From positions 1 to 60,762 of IMG/VR virus record IMGVR_UViG_3300025151_000038: 60,762 bases of DNA; one strand, 5' to 3'. Below the pieces are notes generated by a model, which saw only the letters and a list, made by a program, of their open reading frames with translations, had not been told where the DNA came from and ran no database searches. Positions 6,864 through 16,095 of the stretch are shown here, piece after piece (the first letter of the stretch is position 1; every line of letters starts with the position of its first letter). The position numbers and the translations under genes are program-made. The DNA comes from a virus.

Positions 6864-6957
6864 AACCGCTCAGAGATTTGCAAAACCGCTCAGAGATTTG
6901 CAAAACCGCTCAGATTTTCAAAAACCGCTCAGAGATTGCAAAAACCGCTCAGAGATT
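6864..6957 (+). repeat. Iteron-like array 1: five direct copies of AACCGCTCAGA(G/T)AT(T) at 19-20-bp phasing
   Basis: Copies start at 6864, 6884, 6904, 6923 and 6943. Confidence 0.95.
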
Positions 6958-7158
6958 CACTTTTCGGGGCTAAATCGGCTCAATTCGCGTCTAACCACCA
7001 TAATTATCATTATCGTTCCGGTGGGCCAAGTTGAAAACTTTCTCAGAGAGAAAGTATAATTGTTTCTGTGATGGAATAAAATAAGTTTCCTCTATAAGAA
7101 AGTTTTATATAGGGGGGTAGCGTCAAATTCTTTTCATTTAATGCTCGCTTTTTGCTCA

Positions 7159-7233
7159 AACCGCTCAGATATTACAAAACCGCTCAGAGATTTACGAAAA
7201 CCGCTCAGAGATTATGGAAACCGCTCAGATATT
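7159..7233 (+). repeat. Iteron-like array 2: four more direct copies of the same motif
   Basis: Copies start at 7159, 7178, 7199 and 7219. The last two cover the ATG and first codons of ORF 7214..7681. Confidence 0.95.
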
Positions 7234-7681
7234 TAAATCCGAAAAACGCATCCCCATCCCCGATACCTATGGCTACGAGATAGACGAATATGGCTTTGTC
7301 TACCGCAACGGCAAACGTCTCAAGCTCCAACGCAAGGCCGGCAAGTGGTTTGCACAGGTGTACACTGTAGAAGGCAAACGTGTATCCTTCGACTCTGAAC
7401 GGTTAGCCCGTAACCTGTTTGGTGAGGACGAATACATTCTCCGGCGTAAGGATATAGAGCAGAATTATGATGTGCGAACTGTACCCGAATTCCCGCGCTA
7501 TGTAGTCACCGCCTATGGGGCTGTGTATTGCATTGACCCACCGAAACGAGGCAGGAATGCTGGCTCATGCTACCTGGTTAGTGAGTCCATCTCAAGGGAC
7601 AAGCCTTATGTGACCTTATACAAGGCTGATGGCACATGTCGCAAGAAGCAGGTTAAGTGGGTTGTAGACTCTGCGTGGTAA
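7214..7681 (+). CDS. NUMOD4-like DNA-binding protein with no nuclease motif seen, 155 aa
   Basis: Two IPxxxGYxI/VPEFPRYVVTAYGAVY segments resemble the NUMOD4 motif of homing-endonuclease DNA-binding modules. Confidence 0.5.
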   Translation: METAQIFKSEKRIPIPDTYGYEIDEYGFVYRNGKRLKLQRKAGKWFAQVYTVEGKRVSFDSERLARNLFGEDEYILRRKDIEQNYDVRTVPEFPRYVVTAYGAVYCIDPPKRGRNAGSCYLVSESISRDKPYVTLYKADGTCRKKQVKWVVDSAW

Positions 7682-7728
7682 GTATTAGCCCTTGAAGCAT
7701 GGGAAAAAAGACTTAAATTTTTGGTTAC

Positions 7729-9951
7729 ATGCCAACTGATAAATTGGAAATAGAAGCTCTTGATGGTTTGGGATCTCTTGACGAGAAGGGCAAGCCTCTT
7801 GTGAGTCGCCTGAAGGATGTGAAGAGTGCGCTTGCGGTCTTTAATAATTTGAGGAAGGCGGATGAGCAGTCTTCCGTTAATCGCGCACGGGTTGATGCGA
7901 TGTTTGATGGTGCTAGTCCTTATGATCAGGCTGGCTTGAACCGCAGTGGTCAGGGGTTGAAGACGAACTTGAATTTTGGGGAGGCGCAACGGCTGCTGGA
8001 TATATCGATGTCTGCTTACGTTGACTTATATTCTTCTCTTGAGAAGTTGGTCGAGGTGAAAGGGACTGAGGGGGAGGCATCAGAGATTGGACCGCAGGAG
8101 GATATTGTTTCAGAGGAGATCACGCACATGTTGCGTAGTTGGCCTGAGTTCCATTCCAATTACCTGCGCCTTTGCAATACCTTCATTAAGCATGGGGTTA
8201 GTGTCTCTTATTTTGATACCCCTGATGACTGGAAGTTCAGGGTGGGTGGTTTTGCGGATATATTGATCCCTAGACAGTCACCTGCTTCAGAAGACATGAT
8301 CGATGTTGCAGTGGGCCGGCGCAATTACCACCTGCATGAGTTGTTTGCCTTCATTAAGAATGAGAAGGCTGCTGCCCGTGTTGGTTGGGATGTGGATGAA
8401 GTGAAGCGCGTTCTTATGAAGAACGCGAACACAGAGGGTAGGGGGAACAGGGTAAACTATTCTGATTGGGAGTCGTTGCAGCAGGAGATGAAGAACAACG
8501 ACATCTACACAGGTCACCAGAACCCGACTGTGGCTGTCCTGCATTTCTGGGTGCGGGAGATGGATGGTTCAATTTCCCATTACATTTGTGCAGAGGATTC
8601 CCCGAAGGAATTCCTTTATAAGAAAATTTCCCGCTATGAAAAACCCGAACAGGCTTATGTGTTGTTTGCCTATGGGGTGGGTTCCAATGGCACTTACCAT
8701 TCGGTCAGGGGATTAGGGCATAGAATTTTTAACCACATCCAGACGAGCAACCGGCTCCGCTGTCAGATGATTGATGGAGCCATGTTGGGTTCCTCTGTGA
8801 TGATCCAGCCAGAGAGCCAGCGTTCTTTGGACGAGTTGGGCTTTACTTATTATGGGGCATATGCAGTGCTTTCCCCAGGGGTGAACATTGTTGAGAAGGC
8901 AGTCCCGAATTTAGGCACAGCCGTCCAGCCGGCGTTGCAGGATATATCGCAACAGCTTGCGATGAACACGGACACAGTCAGCACTTACGGGTCGCAACAG
9001 AGTTCCCCTTATAGGAACCAGATGCAGGTTGTGGCTGACATGGATATATCTACGCGCCTGTCTGGTGCGAGCTTGAACCTTTTCTATTCAAGCTGGAACC
9101 GCCTGATGCGTGAAGTGGTCCGGCGTATTGTGCAGAACAAGCGTGGGGATGCCCTCACGAAAGAGTTTTATAGAAGGTGCGAGACACGGGGTGTCAGTGA
9201 GTCCTTCATCAGGTCACTGGATATAACCAGGACCAGGGCAGTCCGTTCCATTGGGAATGGGTCATACGCCAATCGACTCGTGGCCTTGCGTGAGTTGCAG
9301 GGTATCTCTGGCTCATTCGATGAGGTAGGACGCCGTAACCTCACGCGGGATATTGTGTCAACTCGCGTAGGCCACGATCTTGCTGACCGGTATGCCCCGC
9401 AGCAGGAAGAACCCCGCCCGACTATTGATAATAAGATTGCTTTCTTTGAGAACCAGCAGTTGACACAGGGATCCCCCGTACCGGTGGTCTCCAGCGAGTT
9501 GCATGGCGCACATTTACAGGCGCATGTCCCCGCGATGATGCAGATCATTGAGCAACTTAACGCTGGAGCAGCCGACCCCATTCAGGCGTTACCCGCGCTA
9601 CAGGCATTCTACCAGCACATTGGTGAGACTGCCCAGTTCCTTGCCGGCGACCCAAGCCAAGCACCTGTTGTTGGGCAAGCCAACCAAGCACTACAATTTG
9701 CGGAAGAGATGATAAATAATACATCCAAGCAAGTGCAGAAGATACAACGCGAAGAGGCGCAGGCGCAGGCGCAGGGCGCACCTGATGACGCGGGTATGGC
9801 TATGAATGCCAAGATGCAGGAACACCAGATGAAGATGCAGATGGCACAGCAGAAGGCAGAGCTTGACATGAGCCTGAAACAAGCCAAGTTCGATCAGGAA
9901 CAGGCGATGCGCGATGCCAAGAATGCCTTGGAGATGCGGCAGACACCTTAA
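7729..9951 (+). CDS. portal protein (candidate), 740 aa
   Basis: Based on size and position: it is the first large gene of the virion block and is followed by an acidic coiled-coil scaffold and the capsid gene. It has a Q/A/M-rich C-terminal tail. Confidence 0.7.
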   Translation: MPTDKLEIEALDGLGSLDEKGKPLVSRLKDVKSALAVFNNLRKADEQSSVNRARVDAMFDGASPYDQAGLNRSGQGLKTNLNFGEAQRLLDISMSAYVDLYSSLEKLVEVKGTEGEASEIGPQEDIVSEEITHMLRSWPEFHSNYLRLCNTFIKHGVSVSYFDTPDDWKFRVGGFADILIPRQSPASEDMIDVAVGRRNYHLHELFAFIKNEKAAARVGWDVDEVKRVLMKNANTEGRGNRVNYSDWESLQQEMKNNDIYTGHQNPTVAVLHFWVREMDGSISHYICAEDSPKEFLYKKISRYEKPEQAYVLFAYGVGSNGTYHSVRGLGHRIFNHIQTSNRLRCQMIDGAMLGSSVMIQPESQRSLDELGFTYYGAYAVLSPGVNIVEKAVPNLGTAVQPALQDISQQLAMNTDTVSTYGSQQSSPYRNQMQVVADMDISTRLSGASLNLFYSSWNRLMREVVRRIVQNKRGDALTKEFYRRCETRGVSESFIRSLDITRTRAVRSIGNGSYANRLVALRELQGISGSFDEVGRRNLTRDIVSTRVGHDLADRYAPQQEEPRPTIDNKIAFFENQQLTQGSPVPVVSSELHGAHLQAHVPAMMQIIEQLNAGAADPIQALPALQAFYQHIGETAQFLAGDPSQAPVVGQANQALQFAEEMINNTSKQVQKIQREEAQAQAQGAPDDAGMAMNAKMQEHQMKMQMAQQKAELDMSLKQAKFDQEQAMRDAKNALEMRQTP

Positions 9952-9953
9952 TT

Positions 9954-10256
9954 ATGGACAAAGAAATAATGATACCTGTCCCATTGGACAGGTGGTTTAA
10001 TGATGCTAAAAGGACTCAGGAACTGCGAGCGGTCTTGGATTCTTCGACTTTGCAGGAGGCAATTGCAACACTCAAACAAATCGCTGGTCCCACAAATAAC
10101 ACCGTCAGCACCGACCCAGTTGCGAATAGCCACCGTTTCGCCTGGTATGCCGGATATCGTGATGCTTTTGAGGATCTCCATAAATTAACCAGTTTTAAGG
10201 GAGATAAACAAACATACCAACCTGAAGAATGGAACCACATAACGAAACCGCAGTAG
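9954..10256 (+). CDS. hypothetical protein, 100 aa
   Basis: ORF tightly packed between the portal and scaffold genes. Confidence 0.6.
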   Translation: MDKEIMIPVPLDRWFNDAKRTQELRAVLDSSTLQEAIATLKQIAGPTNNTVSTDPVANSHRFAWYAGYRDAFEDLHKLTSFKGDKQTYQPEEWNHITKPQ

Positions 10257-11437
10257 CCGAAGCCCCGCCTGAAAATGCATCCCCCGCTGTGGAGGATTTA
10301 CCCAATGCCAACCCAGAAGAACCAGCTAGTTTTTCGGACGCATTGGAACAGGCGTTGCAGAATCTTGAGAACCCGCAACCTGAGCCTACCCCAGAGCCTA
10401 CCCCAGAGCCTACCCCAGAGGTTCAAGAGGTTCAGCCCGAAGAAGTCGTTGAGCCGACGGATAATCCGCCCCTTGCGGATAAGGCCGAACAGGAAACAAC
10501 TACAATTGAAAACCCCTTAGAGAGTCTCTCAGAGGATGTTGGGGATGATTGGACTCCAAAAGCAGCCAACCGCTTTAAGCAACTTAAAGGTGAATTAAGG
10601 AGTAGCCAGACGGAGCTTGAACAACTGCGCCAAACAGTCAAGGAGCAGGAATCCAAGATGCAGGAAATGTCAGGTTTGGTAGAGAACCGCGATATTGATA
10701 AGCTACAACAGACAGTTGCTGATTATGAGTATGAGAAGGCCTTCAATAACCTGGAAGACACTACAGCTTACCAAGAGTCTGTAGCGGCACCCTTAAATGC
10801 ATTGCTACAGAGTGCCAATGAGATTGCCAGTAAATACAATGTAGATGCTGACACTATGGTGGACATCATTGCGATGGAGGACCATGATGAGCAGGATAAT
10901 GCTGTGCTTGAGCATCTCACTGAAGCGGGAGACAGGGATAGAGCTAGAGTTTACCGGATCATTGAAGAGGTGCGTCCCATACTTGCTCGCCGGCAGGAGT
11001 TGTATGAGAATGTCCACCAGGCACTAAATGAGGCAAACATGCTGGAGGAACAGCGTAGAAACACAGAAGCTGCGGAACGCGCTGAGATACGCGCTAATGT
11101 TACCCGTAACGTAGTTCAGCGAGTAAATGAGAAGTTACCATTCCTGAGCGGAGTTGATGGTTTGGATATGGATGCTATTCAGGCTAAGGCTGCGGATGTG
11201 GATCCCAGTGTGGTTCACCCTGTAGACTTTGCTTATAATGCGGTAGCTGCGCAGTTGTTGCCTACTATTGTCCGTGAGTATATGTCCTCCCGCAAAGAGG
11301 CTGAAGCCCTTATGGAGAAACTGTCTGAGTATGAGAGTGCAGAACCCACCATGTCCGGCGCACCTGTTGGGGAAGGGTCTGCGGTATCTTCAGACAAGTC
11401 CTTCATGGATGCTATTAATAGCGCCCTTGGGGGTTGA
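10229..11437 (+). CDS. scaffolding protein (candidate), 402 aa
   Basis: Very acidic, with a (PEPT)3 linker and long predicted coiled-coil segments. It lies between the portal and capsid genes. Confidence 0.6.
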   Translation: MEPHNETAVAEAPPENASPAVEDLPNANPEEPASFSDALEQALQNLENPQPEPTPEPTPEPTPEVQEVQPEEVVEPTDNPPLADKAEQETTTIENPLESLSEDVGDDWTPKAANRFKQLKGELRSSQTELEQLRQTVKEQESKMQEMSGLVENRDIDKLQQTVADYEYEKAFNNLEDTTAYQESVAAPLNALLQSANEIASKYNVDADTMVDIIAMEDHDEQDNAVLEHLTEAGDRDRARVYRIIEEVRPILARRQELYENVHQALNEANMLEEQRRNTEAAERAEIRANVTRNVVQRVNEKLPFLSGVDGLDMDAIQAKAADVDPSVVHPVDFAYNAVAAQLLPTIVREYMSSRKEAEALMEKLSEYESAEPTMSGAPVGEGSAVSSDKSFMDAINSALGG

Positions 11438-11472
11438 TTTGCTCCTGGTAATTTTTTGAATTATTTTAGAGC

Positions 11473-11760
11473 ATGGCTCTATTCAAAAGGTTACCTAGTG
11501 GGCGTATAAGTTATCGCGGGGAGACTTTCCCTGGCTTTAACAAACCCAAACGCGCCCCGAAAGGGAGTAAGAAGAAGTTCTTTGTATTAGCCAAGCAGGG
11601 GGACAAAATTCGCAAGATTGGTTTTGGACACAGGGATTATCAGGACTTTACCCAGCACAAAGACCCAAAGCGTAGGAAGAACTTCCGGTCTCGCCATAAT
11701 TGTAAAACAGCTAAGGACAAGTTAACCGCCCGTTACTGGGCTTGTAAGAAACTTTGGTAA
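11473..11760 (+). CDS. small basic protein, DUF5872-like, 95 aa
   Basis: The pattern ..KPKRAPKGSKKKF.V.AK.G.K...I.FG...Y.D.T.HKD..RR.N.R.RH.C.....DKLTA.YW matches DUF5872 proteins as I remember them. Confidence 0.55.
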   Translation: MALFKRLPSGRISYRGETFPGFNKPKRAPKGSKKKFFVLAKQGDKIRKIGFGHRDYQDFTQHKDPKRRKNFRSRHNCKTAKDKLTARYWACKKLW

Positions 11761-12032
11761 TGCCCTCCGATCACATCTCCAATACGGATTACCATAACCA
11801 CCTTAAATCCAGCCCACACGATAACGGGTATGGGATAAGGGAGGATTATGAAGCTCTGAAAGAGCAGAAGATAGAGTTACAGCATCGTTGCGCCTTATAC
11901 AAAACAGGGCTACATAATGCTCTTGAGTGGTTACAGAAACACACCAACTTGCCTGAAGGGACAAAGGATAGCCACTTAGCTGAGAAGATGGTGTGGGATC
12001 GACTGAAAATTAATGAAACTGGATTGGAATAG
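11754..12032 (+). CDS. hypothetical protein, 92 aa
   Basis: ORF with an overlapping stop/start (ATGxxTAA context). Confidence 0.55.
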   Translation: MVMPSDHISNTDYHNHLKSSPHDNGYGIREDYEALKEQKIELQHRCALYKTGLHNALEWLQKHTNLPEGTKDSHLAEKMVWDRLKINETGLE

Positions 12033-12321
12033 GATCGTATGCAATGCCCTCACTGTTCTCGTTGCCTCTGTATTTGTAGGAGCCGCCGCTCAGTTGTGGA
12101 GTGGCGTTCAGACTATAGATTCTAGGATTGAGTCCAATTTGGTGGAGATTAAAGCCACTCAGGATGTCCTGTCGGCTCAGATAGACCGAGCTAACGGCAA
12201 GCTGTCTGAGATATTGCCCCTCATCCTTATTGATGATACCTTTGATAAACCCCAAAAAGGGGCAAAGAATCTGATAGATGAGCGAGTGCAACAACAAATC
12301 CAACAGTCCTATCGACCCTAA
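12013..12321 (+). CDS. membrane-anchored hypothetical protein, 102 aa
   Basis: N-terminal hydrophobic segment ALTVLVASVFVGAAAQLW. Confidence 0.55.
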   Translation: MKLDWNRIVCNALTVLVASVFVGAAAQLWSGVQTIDSRIESNLVEIKATQDVLSAQIDRANGKLSEILPLILIDDTFDKPQKGAKNLIDERVQQQIQQSYRP

Positions 12322-12607
12322 ATTCCTTATTTCCCTACTTGTAGGACTGGCTATACAAGCAGGAGGTATTGTTTGGTGGGCTTCTAAACTACAATCGGAA
12401 GTCCAGCACAATGACTTCCAAATCAAGATGATCGCTAAGGACGTTGCTAAGAACTCAGAATTCACGGAACTCTGGCCCGCCGGCAAGTGGGGTAGTGGAT
12501 CCTTACCTTCTGATGTTCGCCAAGACCTTAAAATCTCGATGCTTGAACTGGACGTAGAGAAAATAATGGAAAAGCTCTACAATGGCCATACACCCCCTAA
12601 AAACTAA
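12278..12607 (+). CDS. membrane-anchored hypothetical protein, up to 109 aa
   Basis: Hydrophobic segment FLISLLVGLAIQAGGIVWWA. It overlaps the previous ORF by 44 nt, so the start is uncertain. Confidence 0.5.
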   Translation: MSECNNKSNSPIDPKFLISLLVGLAIQAGGIVWWASKLQSEVQHNDFQIKMIAKDVAKNSEFTELWPAGKWGSGSLPSDVRQDLKISMLELDVEKIMEKLYNGHTPPKN

Positions 12608-12715
12608 ATACCGCCCAATTGCTGTATTTTTGTTGATAAACAGCTTTGTCTTTAGCAGTATAATACTTTATTTGGTCGCCTCTATGTTGTTGCTAATAAG
12701 CCTGTATCCTGATTA

Positions 12716-12937
12716 ATGCCCAACTACGATTACCGATGTCGCCTTTGTGGGAACACCTTTGAGGTATTCCAGTCAATGAATGATAAGAAGCTCAAGAAAT
12801 GCCTTGATTCTGCCTGTGGGGGCGAGGTAGAGCGTCTTATAGGGACAGGTTCATCAATTATATTCAAAGGCTCTGGCTTCTATTCTACGGACTACAGAAG
12901 CCCCGCCTACAAAAGGGACAAGGCTGCGGATCGTTAA
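12716..12937 (+). CDS. FmdB-family zinc-ribbon protein, 73 aa
   Basis: MPNYDYRCRLCG..F.. (CxxC), then C..SACGG, then ...KGSGFYSTDY. This is the characteristic FmdB/TIGR02605 layout. Confidence 0.7.
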   Translation: MPNYDYRCRLCGNTFEVFQSMNDKKLKKCLDSACGGEVERLIGTGSSIIFKGSGFYSTDYRSPAYKRDKAADR

Positions 12938-13003
12938 GACTAACTCCCCAGTTGCTTCCGAGGCAAAAGTTAGTTAATTTACCTTAATTAACTATCTGAA
13001 ACT

Positions 13004-13759
13004 ATGTCTAGATCACTAGGAAGCCGCATCCGTAAGTCTCGTAAGAAGAAAAGTGCGCCCCCACTTAAAACGAGCTTAAAGCGTAGCTCAAAAAGCCCCA
13101 CCCGCGCTGGCCAGAAATACTCTCGTAAGGTTTCCAGCAAGAAAGCTCCTGCTAAAAAGGCTGTCCCCAAAAAGCCACAACGCGAAGTGGGTAAGCCCAA
13201 GTATAGTCAAGCAGGTGATTATGGGGATGAGCTTACGGCGGCATATATGGCGGGGGTGGAGATGGCGACCCCTGGTGTTGGCACACCTTTATCACCAGCC
13301 ACAGAGGCTTTTTTAGAAGCAAATTTTAAAGGTATACCTATCCCAGAGGGTGGTGAACCTTTACCTATTTCCCCTACACAGACTTATTCAGAGTCTGATA
13401 AACCTTTCTCTCCCGATGAGACACCCCCTGTGGGTCGCCTTGCTGCCGGAGCCACACCAACAGGCGAAGCAATCCAAGCCCCAGGAGGCTCCCTATTTGC
13501 CAATATTCAGGGAACCAGCGCCCCACCACAATCTGGCGCAGTCGTTGCGGTTCCTGTGGAGGCAGCGCCACAGTCTGTTGAAGTAGCAGATATCCCAGCC
13601 TCAGACATTGGGGAAACTGACCCTGTTGGGAGTGCCTTGAGCGGTGATCCGGCTATGCCTTCTCAAGATCAGACGGAAAAGCTCAAGCAGATAATACGTC
13701 GGGATGTTGCACGGAAGTTTGCATCTCTACTTTTTGGAGGTAAAAAAGCTAAAAATTAG
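13004..13759 (+). CDS. hypothetical protein with a Lys-rich N-terminus and a Pro/Ala-rich body, 251 aa
   Basis: Long ORF upstream of the capsid gene. Confidence 0.6.
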   Translation: MSRSLGSRIRKSRKKKSAPPLKTSLKRSSKSPTRAGQKYSRKVSSKKAPAKKAVPKKPQREVGKPKYSQAGDYGDELTAAYMAGVEMATPGVGTPLSPATEAFLEANFKGIPIPEGGEPLPISPTQTYSESDKPFSPDETPPVGRLAAGATPTGEAIQAPGGSLFANIQGTSAPPQSGAVVAVPVEAAPQSVEVADIPASDIGETDPVGSALSGDPAMPSQDQTEKLKQIIRRDVARKFASLLFGGKKAKN

Positions 13760-14037
13760 CCATTGACCCTCCTAAATTTTCCCTTTATCTTTATACACGT
13801 TACAGGAATTAGGTTGCTCTAGCCGTTCAATTTAGTTCAGATTCCTGAAACAACATATCCAAGAAGTCTGTGTGGTTGCTCTAGCCCGACCTAAATAGTT
13901 CTAAGTAAACAGGTTTCACACTGAACTAGGCCATTCCTGGCTACCAGGATTGGTTTGCACCTTAATATAATTATTACACAGGCTGCTACGCATATGCGGG
14001 AGCGGTCTGCCTTTAACACTTAACCATATTTAATACC

Positions 14038-15375
14038 ATGGCCGCAGACTTTGTATTACCACATACTTTTGAGACCGATGCAGCATCCGCAATTGACGTA
14101 GTCCTTTCGCAGGAGGCAAACCGCATCGGTGCCGATATTCACCGCCAGACGGTTCACACAAGCCCCTGGCTCGACCTCATTAAGCAAACCACCTTCCCTG
14201 AAGGCATGGGTTATACCCTTAGCACCCTTGTTTATGATCGCGCTCTCCCCCTTACCGCCCAAGGAAAGAACCTTGCCGGAACAGATTCAACTAGCGTTGG
14301 AGTTAACTGGGAGGAAATGGGAACCACTCATGGGACTTCCGTAAATGGAATGACCGCTGGTCAGCAAGACCAGAGTAATGTCACAGGAAGTAAGTCTGGA
14401 GCAGCGGGTGGGGATGTTAACCTGATTGACTTCACACGGACTCTCAAGTCTTACAGTCTCCAGAGGTCCATCATCGAATCCCCACGCATCAGCGTTGAGG
14501 AACTTCGTTATGCTGCCCACCGCACTGAGCAACTCCGCGCAATCATGGATCTCCTCAAAGAGGCCACCCGTAATGCATGGGAGTCCCGCTACCGTGATGA
14601 GTATGGTAAACAGTGTGATAACCTTGTCTACTGTAAGACTGCTTCTTCATCTACCCAGACGGGACTTGAAGGAACCGCTCTTAATGCCGTTGATATTGAT
14701 GCTGGTGATGGTAGCGACAATGGCGTCCTTGATGTTACCGCAAACATCTCCAACAAGATTCTTGATGACATCTACTTCAAGCTCGTTCGCGCTGGCGCAG
14801 GTGCTAATGCCTATGGTCGTGAGAATGGCCGTCCGGTGTTCTCCATTGTTCTTTCGTCTGAGGCTTCTTACCAGCTTCAAACTGAGGCCGGTTTCCGCGA
14901 CGATGTCCGCTACAACAATGCAAAGGTCAGTGATCTGATTGCACCACTTGGTGTTGAGAAGTCCTTCAGGGGTTTCTACCACTTGTGTGATGATCTTGCT
15001 CCTCGCTTCAGCGGTTTTGACACTAGCTCTGATCTGCTTACTGAGGTTCAGCCTTACAAGCATGACCAGACTAACGATAAGATCGCTGTTAACCCAGATT
15101 ATGACACTGCTGATTATGAAGCAGCCTTCGTCCTTGTTGATAACGTGATGGAGTCCTTGATTCCTGCACCCATTACCAATGTGGGTGGGATGAAGTTCGA
15201 TCCTGTTAACTACAAAGGTGAGTTCAAGTGGACCAACATCCCTGATGTTACACTGAACCCTGATGGAACAATTGGTTTCTTCAGAGGTATCCTTGCTTCT
15301 GCTTCCAAGCCGATTAAGACCAACTTTGGTTACATCATTCTGTTCAAGCGCACCAGCACTACTCCTGCTGCTTAA
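14038..15375 (+). CDS. major capsid protein (candidate), 445 aa
   Basis: Position after the portal and scaffold genes, a 278-bp upstream leader, and a strong terminator immediately downstream. The fold was not verified. Confidence 0.7.
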   Translation: MAADFVLPHTFETDAASAIDVVLSQEANRIGADIHRQTVHTSPWLDLIKQTTFPEGMGYTLSTLVYDRALPLTAQGKNLAGTDSTSVGVNWEEMGTTHGTSVNGMTAGQQDQSNVTGSKSGAAGGDVNLIDFTRTLKSYSLQRSIIESPRISVEELRYAAHRTEQLRAIMDLLKEATRNAWESRYRDEYGKQCDNLVYCKTASSSTQTGLEGTALNAVDIDAGDGSDNGVLDVTANISNKILDDIYFKLVRAGAGANAYGRENGRPVFSIVLSSEASYQLQTEAGFRDDVRYNNAKVSDLIAPLGVEKSFRGFYHLCDDLAPRFSGFDTSSDLLTEVQPYKHDQTNDKIAVNPDYDTADYEAAFVLVDNVMESLIPAPITNVGGMKFDPVNYKGEFKWTNIPDVTLNPDGTIGFFRGILASASKPIKTNFGYIILFKRTSTTPAA

Positions 15376-15381
15376 TCTAAA

Positions 15382-15420
15382 GCGGGGTTCCTCGTAAAGG
15401 GGAACCCCGCATAATTTAAT
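15382..15420 (+). terminator. Intrinsic terminator after the capsid gene
   Basis: 10-bp stem gcggggttcc (15382-15391) / ggaaccccgc (15401-15410), followed by ATAATTTAATT. Confidence 0.6.
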
Positions 15421-15437
15421 TCAACAAGTAAAAAATT

Positions 15438-16007
15438 ATGCCAACTTTAGATGATACATCAACACTACAGAAAAATGTAGCAGTCGCCGCTAACGATGCG
15501 GTTGCAATTGTAAACAAAGATTCAGCCGCCTCTTCCCAAGTTCAGCAAGTCCCAGCGGCTCTTATCGGATTAGGCTTTACCCATGCTTGGGTTATTAACT
15601 ACGATAATGCTGAGTTAGTAGCCCAAGGCACAGATGACACAGATGAGGAGATTAAGCTAATCGACATCCCCGCTAATTCTGTTATCACCAAGGCGATGTT
15701 CGTAGTTACAGAAGCGTTTGCGGGCATCACGGCTTGTAATGCTTTTTTAGGCAGAACCGGAGACACCAATGGTTACATTGAATCAACATCTCTTTTAGCT
15801 AAAACTGCTAAAGTTAATATCGCTGGAGATGAAATTGATGCCTTTGGCGAAGTTGATGTTGTAACTGCTTCTGACAAGGACTTGTTACTTACTTTTGACC
15901 CTGCCAGTAATGGCGATGAACTACAGGAACTGACGGCTGGACAGCTTGTGGTTCTTGTAACCATGCCTGATATCGACGACTTTAAAGATATCGTTCCTGC
16001 AACCTAA
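15438..16007 (+). CDS. virion protein (decoration or minor capsid candidate), 189 aa
   Basis: ORF bracketed by two terminators next to the capsid gene. Confidence 0.5.
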   Translation: MPTLDDTSTLQKNVAVAANDAVAIVNKDSAASSQVQQVPAALIGLGFTHAWVINYDNAELVAQGTDDTDEEIKLIDIPANSVITKAMFVVTEAFAGITACNAFLGRTGDTNGYIESTSLLAKTAKVNIAGDEIDAFGEVDVVTASDKDLLLTFDPASNGDELQELTAGQLVVLVTMPDIDDFKDIVPAT

Positions 16008-16035
16008 TCAGTAACAATCCATAATTCACAAGAAT

Positions 16036-16080
16036 CCCCGATCCTCTAACACTAGAGAGGGGATCGGGGTTCTTTATTTA
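16036..16080 (+). terminator. Intrinsic terminator
   Basis: Stem ccccgatcctct / agaggggatcgggg of about 12 bp with one wobble or bulge, followed by TTCTTTATTTAT. Confidence 0.65.
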
Positions 16081-16095
16081 TAACCATTTGATACA

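Noticed and set aside
6849-6877. ttgtgagcgggtaac resembles the lac operator O1 (ttgtgagcggataac, 14/15), and TGAGCGG-gtaa-CCGCTCA is a LacI-type palindrome
   Set aside because: No LacI-family gene is present. The right half is simply the first copy of the nine-fold direct repeat. A 10-14-nt resemblance can arise by chance.
12632-12663. TTGATA ... TATAAT promoter-like pair upstream of the zinc-ribbon gene
   Set aside because: The -10 box is perfect, but the spacer is 20 nt, outside the 16-18-nt window. I could not support it as a promoter.
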